This document shows, piece after piece, positions 59,130 through 64,000 of a stretch of DNA of 64,000 bases (positions are counted from its first letter, which is position 1; the number at the start of each line of letters is the position of its first letter). The stretch lies in the NCBI RefSeq assembly GCF_009914755.1, contig NC_060930.1; one strand, given 5' to 3'. The position numbers and the translations under genes were made by a program. A model generated the notes under the pieces. The model was not told the DNA's origin and searched no databases. It saw nothing but the letters and a program-made list of their open reading frames with translations. This DNA is from the human T2T-CHM13v2.0 reference genome, Homo sapiens.

Positions 59130-59518
59130 CTTGAGGAATAGGGAAGCCAACAGTGTAGCCTTTAGTCTGTGGCCAAAGGCCTGAGAGCCCCTGGCAAACC
59201 ACTGGTGTAAGTCTAAGAATCCAAAAGCTGAAGAACTTGTAGTCATATATTCAAGGGCAGGAAGCAGCCAGCATGGGAGAAAGATGGAAGCCAGAAGACT
59301 CAGCCAGTCTAGTCCTTCCAGGTTCCTCTGCCTACTTTTATTCTAGCCATGCTGGCAGCTGATTAAATTGTGCTCACCCAGATTGAGGGTGGGTCTGCCT
59401 CTCCCAGTCCACTGACTCAAATGTTAATCTCCTTTGGCAACACCCTCACAGACACACCTGGGAACCGTACTTTGCATCCTTCAATCCAATCAAATTGACA
59501 CTCAATATTAACCATCAC
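59130..59518 (-). mobile_element. ERVL LTR (MLT2A/B-like)
   Basis: cagattgagggtgggtctgcctctcccagtccactgactcaaatgttaatc...aatattaaccatcaca. Confidence 0.88.
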
Positions 59519-60699
59519 AGGGGCCATTGTGTGGTTGTCACTGGGTTTTTGTTCACAAAGTTGAGTGGGAGAGCAGAATCAGTAAGCAATTTTGAAAAGC
59601 TTTGGTTATGGGTGAGACAGAATAAAAACTGAGCTGTCTAACCAGAGAGAGGCATTTTCTGGGAAATGACAGAGATATTTAAAAAGAAATTTTATAGTTT
59701 CTACTGTGGGATACGTAATGAGAATCTTTTTCCTCATATCCTTATGGAATCTCTAGGAAAAATAACTGTCTGTTTTTAACACATTCAATTCCATCTGGTT
59801 TTGAAGCTGCTTTGAAGAGCAAAGCATACCTTCGAAGGGTGGAGTAGAGAAAGAAAAGAAGCTGCCTACCAGTCACATACTGGTTATGTAAGTCTTATAG
59901 AATCTAGTTAACGTCCTTGTTATTGAAGACCAGGTTTTTCATTTCAGACATAATAGAAACTTGAAACATTATTACTTTGCAGAGTCTGCCTGGCTAGATT
60001 TGCAATAATAGGAACTAATTAGAGGTACCTTTACAAAAATAACTTTCGTGTTTATCTATTACTAATAATTTTCATTTCTTGAATTCATTTAGGCTTTTCA
60101 CAACTCAGGTTCTCTATGATATATTCTTTCAGAAAACCCATAATTTCATGTATTTTAGCTATATTTAGAATGTTAAAATAGTTAAATTTCATGAAAAATG
60201 TCTAATATAAGTTCAATTATAGAAGTTTCAGTCCATATTTTGTTCTACTTGAGAAATACTTAAACTTTTATTTTCACCAGTCTAGACAATCAGATATTTT
60301 ATGATTCTCTAAACATAAAGATGCAATTTTTATAGTAATATACACACTCTCAGCTCTATAGTCATATATCTTAATGTATTTTATTTCTTTCAGTAATGGA
60401 AATCTCATATCTGTGCCTCCCTCAACATAATTTTATTTAAAAATTATTTAATGAGTTAATATTTATGCAAGAGCCTTCCAATGTTTTCTTTTAAACTTTG
60501 AATGAATATTTTCAATATTTTCTCTTAATCTTGATTCATACTTTATCTTAAACTTTATTGATAGTGTCAATCATCATAACAAAACAGTGAGCATGGCATA
60601 TCAACTAAAATGTTTACATAAGTGCAAAAATGTCAATTTACTTAAAATTTCATTATTCAAGTTCTTCAAGGAACAGAAAGTGATTTCAAATGTTGCTGA

Positions 60700-61300
60700 G
60701 GTATTAAGGTAGATGAAGGCTGGGAACTGAGGCTTAGCTGGGAACACTGGTAACATTGCTAACACTGATAAAAGGAGCTTCACTGAAGTGGTGAGGAGAA
60801 AGCCTGATCAGATGTAGTATAAAAGTGAGCTGGATGAAGAGTTAGACAGTAGAGGCAACACTGTGAGTTTTACAATAAAAAATGTAGAGATAGAAGATGG
60901 TAATTGGAGGAGGTCTGTGAAATCAAGAGGAAGTATTTATGAAGATGAATGACATTAAAGCATGCTAATTTCATGAGGGGCAAGACAGACAACATTCCCC
61001 TGGAAGACTGGTTGTTCCAGTTACTTCCATTGTATTATTTGTATTATTCCTTCCATTGATATTATTTGAGTATCACCCCAGCTACTGTGAATAATCTAAC
61101 AGAGAGGGAAAGTTTAGTACTAAAGGAGATCAAGGAGTTAATTGCAGCATCACAGTTCCAGAATATGTGAGAAGCTAGTACAGAAATTGAAGGATTGGCC
61201 TTTTGTAACAGAATGATCAGGTCAGCACTTCATTAGCAGAGAAAACAGTGTGAAGGGCACAAGCAGAGGGAGATTAGAAGTTTGGTTGATGGAAGGGTTT
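60700..61300 (-). mobile_element. Degraded L2 fragment
   Basis: L2-like purine-rich sequence (gaagtggtgaggagaaagcctga); boundaries approximate. Confidence 0.4.
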
Positions 61301-61559
61301 TTTTATGTTTGCTCTTTTTCTTGAAGCAGATAAATAAGATAAACAAGGTCATCAGCTGAGTGTGATACAGGTGATAGGTATTGCAGGTTTGTGGAGGGAA
61401 TAGAAAGCTGAAAAATAAGAAATGTTCTTGGGAAGCAGCCTGTTTTCTGTTACAGCAGGAAGAAACAAACTTTCAAAGAAATAGATGGGTATGTGCATGC
61501 AGGATTTTATGACAGACTGTGAGGTTTTTTTAAAAAAAAGAGCAGTGGGAGGCTTTAGG

Positions 61560-61695
61560 ACAGTAGTTTTCAACACTGGCTATACATTAAAATCAACTGG
61601 AATTAAAAATTTACCTGTGCTTGGGCCATGCCCAAGATTAATAAAATCAAAACCTTTGAGGTTGGATTCAAACGTCAGATTTTTCTAAAAGCTCT
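61560..61695. mobile_element. MER5-like hAT fragment
   Basis: cagtagttttcaacactggct...acattaaaatcaactgg. Confidence 0.6.
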
Positions 61696-62489
61696 TCACA
61701 GAGTCCTCATATGAAACCACTTTTGGGACCTGGCTGAGGGGATGAGGCAGCATGAAAGCTTGAGATTACAATAAGGCAGAGGATGAATAGGGATGACCTG
61801 TGGCTAGACTCTTGATGTGAAGAAAGGTTACGCTGATCTAAGTAATGTAGTAATGCAATATTCTTAATGAGCTCTTCATTAAAACTGTATGTATATCTAG
61901 TTTTTAAAGCAAAATTATCATAGATATTCATGTACCCTTCCTTTAGACATTTTCATTTTGTAAATAAAGGAAAATACAGGGAAAACCCAACAGTTACGTG
62001 ATCTCTGATAAAGATGTTTCTTGCAAAATCTGTTATCTCACTGGTAGGTACTTGATAAAGTAATCTGTATACTTTATTAACTTTATTTTCTGAAAAACCA
62101 AGAATAAATTTTTATTACATTAAGTTAAAGAAAATGTATATGATTGATTAAAATTAATTCTCATTTTTCAATGTAACTAAAATTTATATACAAAGAAGAC
62201 TTGGCTTGCAAATAAAACATCCTATAACACTATTTACTTTAAAATTAGATCTATCCCAAAATTCTTCCTGGAATTGGATCCTCATCAACTTCAGTTGACT
62301 CCTAAAAGCTGTGAATTGGGACAGGAGCAGTGATTCAGAAGTCTCCCAAAACAGACAGCCAACAGGGGAGACAATCAAAAGGCTGTGGATTTAGCACTTA
62401 GGATTTCCCCAGCATCTGTCTGAATTTCTAAGAGTTATGCCACCTTTTCTTTCGTTGTTGTTGTTGTTAGAATTTTGCTTCGCATTTTT

Positions 62490-64000
62490 CTTTTCTGTTT
62501 AATTTCTGTTGGTACATAGTATGTATACGTATTTCTGGGTTACATAACATATTTTGTTACTAAAATACAATAAATAATAATCACATCAGGGTAAATGAGG
62601 CATCAATAAATAATAATCACATCAGGGTAAATGAGGCATCCAACATCTCAAGTATTTATCTTTCCTTTATGTTACAAATAATCCAGTTCAACTCTTTAAG
62701 TTATTGTTTAATGTACAATACATTATTGTTGACTACTCATCCTGTTGTGTTGTCAAATACTAAATCTTATTCATTCTATCAAACTATATTTTTGTACCCA
62801 TTTACCATCCCCTTTTCCCCTTGACTACTACCTTTCCCGGTCTCTGGAAACCATTATTTTACTCTCTATCTCCATGAGTTCAATGGTTTTAAATTTTTTA
62901 GGTCCCACAAATAAATGAGAGCATGCAAAACGTGTGTTTTTGTGTCTGACTTATTTCACTTAACACAATAATATCCAGTTCTATCCATGTTATTAAAAAT
63001 GACAGGATCTCATTTTTTATGGCTGTAGTACTCCATCATGTATATATACCACATTTTTAATGCATTTGTCTGTTGATGGACACTTAGGGTGCTTCTTGGT
63101 TATTGTCAATACTGCTGCAATATGCAGGTATCTCTTCCATATACTGGTTTCTATTCTTTTGATTACATACCTAGGAGTGACATTCCTGGATCATATGGTA
63201 GCTCTCCTTTGGCTTTTCTGAGGAACCTCTAAACTGTTTTCCACAGTGGTTGTAATCATTTGCATTCCCATCAATAGTATACAAGTGTTCCCTTTCTCCA
63301 CACCCTCATCAGAGTCTGTTATATCCTGACTTTTGTATAAAAGTCATTTTAACTGGGTTGAGATAATGTCTCATTATAGCTTTGATTTGCATTTCTCTGA
63401 TGATCAATGATGTGAACATTTTTATATACCCAACTGCCATTTATAGGTCTTCTTTTGAGAAATATCTGTTGTGAACTTTTGCCCATTTCTAATCAGATTA
63501 TTGTTTTTTCCTTTAGAGTTGTTTTTGCTCCTTATATATTCTTGTTATTAATACCTTTCAGATGGATAGTTTGCAAATATTTTCTTCAACCATTTCATAG
63601 TTGGTTTTTTCATTTTCTTATTTTCTTGGCTGTGCAGAAGCTTTCTAACTTGATGGGATCCCATTTGTCCATTTTTGCGTTGGTTGCTTGTACTGGTGGA
63701 GTATTACTCAAGAAATCTTTGCCCAGTCTATGTCCTGGAAAGTTTCCCCAAAGTTTTCTTTTAGTAGTATCATAGTTTGAGGTCTTATATTAAGTCTTTA
63801 ATCCATTTTGATTTGATTATTATATTCAGTGAGAGATAGGAGTCTAATTTAATTCTTCTGCACATGAATATCTAGTTTTCTCAGCACCATTTATTGAAGA
63901 GACTATTCTTTTCCCAATGTATGTTCATGGCAGCTTTGTTGAAAATGAGTTCACTGTAGATGGATAGATTTACTTCTGGGTTCTCTGTTCTGGTCCATTG
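62490..64000 (-). mobile_element. L1MA-type 3' end, running off the window; includes a perfect 36-bp tandem duplication (62568-62639)
   Basis: Reverse-complement L1 3'UTR and ORF2 C-terminus (gcagaagctttctaacttgatgggatccc). Confidence 0.92.

Noticed and set aside
61707-62410. Further minus-strand exon-like ORFs
   Set aside because: Weak splice sites and incompatible phases; not supportable without homology evidence

Overview
Primate (very probably human) AT-rich genomic DNA dominated by transposable elements; no intact host gene could be identified. The centrepiece is a four-level, same-orientation nest: an old L1 (~8830-29870) interrupted by a formerly full-length L1MA-type element (9463-26000), interrupted at the start of ORF1 by a structurally complete but defective HERV-K(HML-5)/HERVK22 provirus (11825-20063; LTR22-type LTRs, tRNA-Met PBS, gag-dUTPase/pro-pol-env), which itself carries an LTR12(F-like) solo LTR in its leader (12395-12912). 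The rest holds further L1s (a twin-priming inversion, a young L1PA2-like fragment, an internally deleted L1PA15/16-like copy), about eight Alus, several solo LTRs and DNA-transposon fossils. The most unusual observations are a stop-free reading frame across the whole HML-5 LTR, the LTR12 promoter placed between the splice donor and gag, two unexplained dispersed duplications, and weak hints of a decayed minus-strand exon chain. Repeat subfamily names come from recalled consensus sequences and need RepeatMasker/Dfam confirmation; all counts were done by hand.
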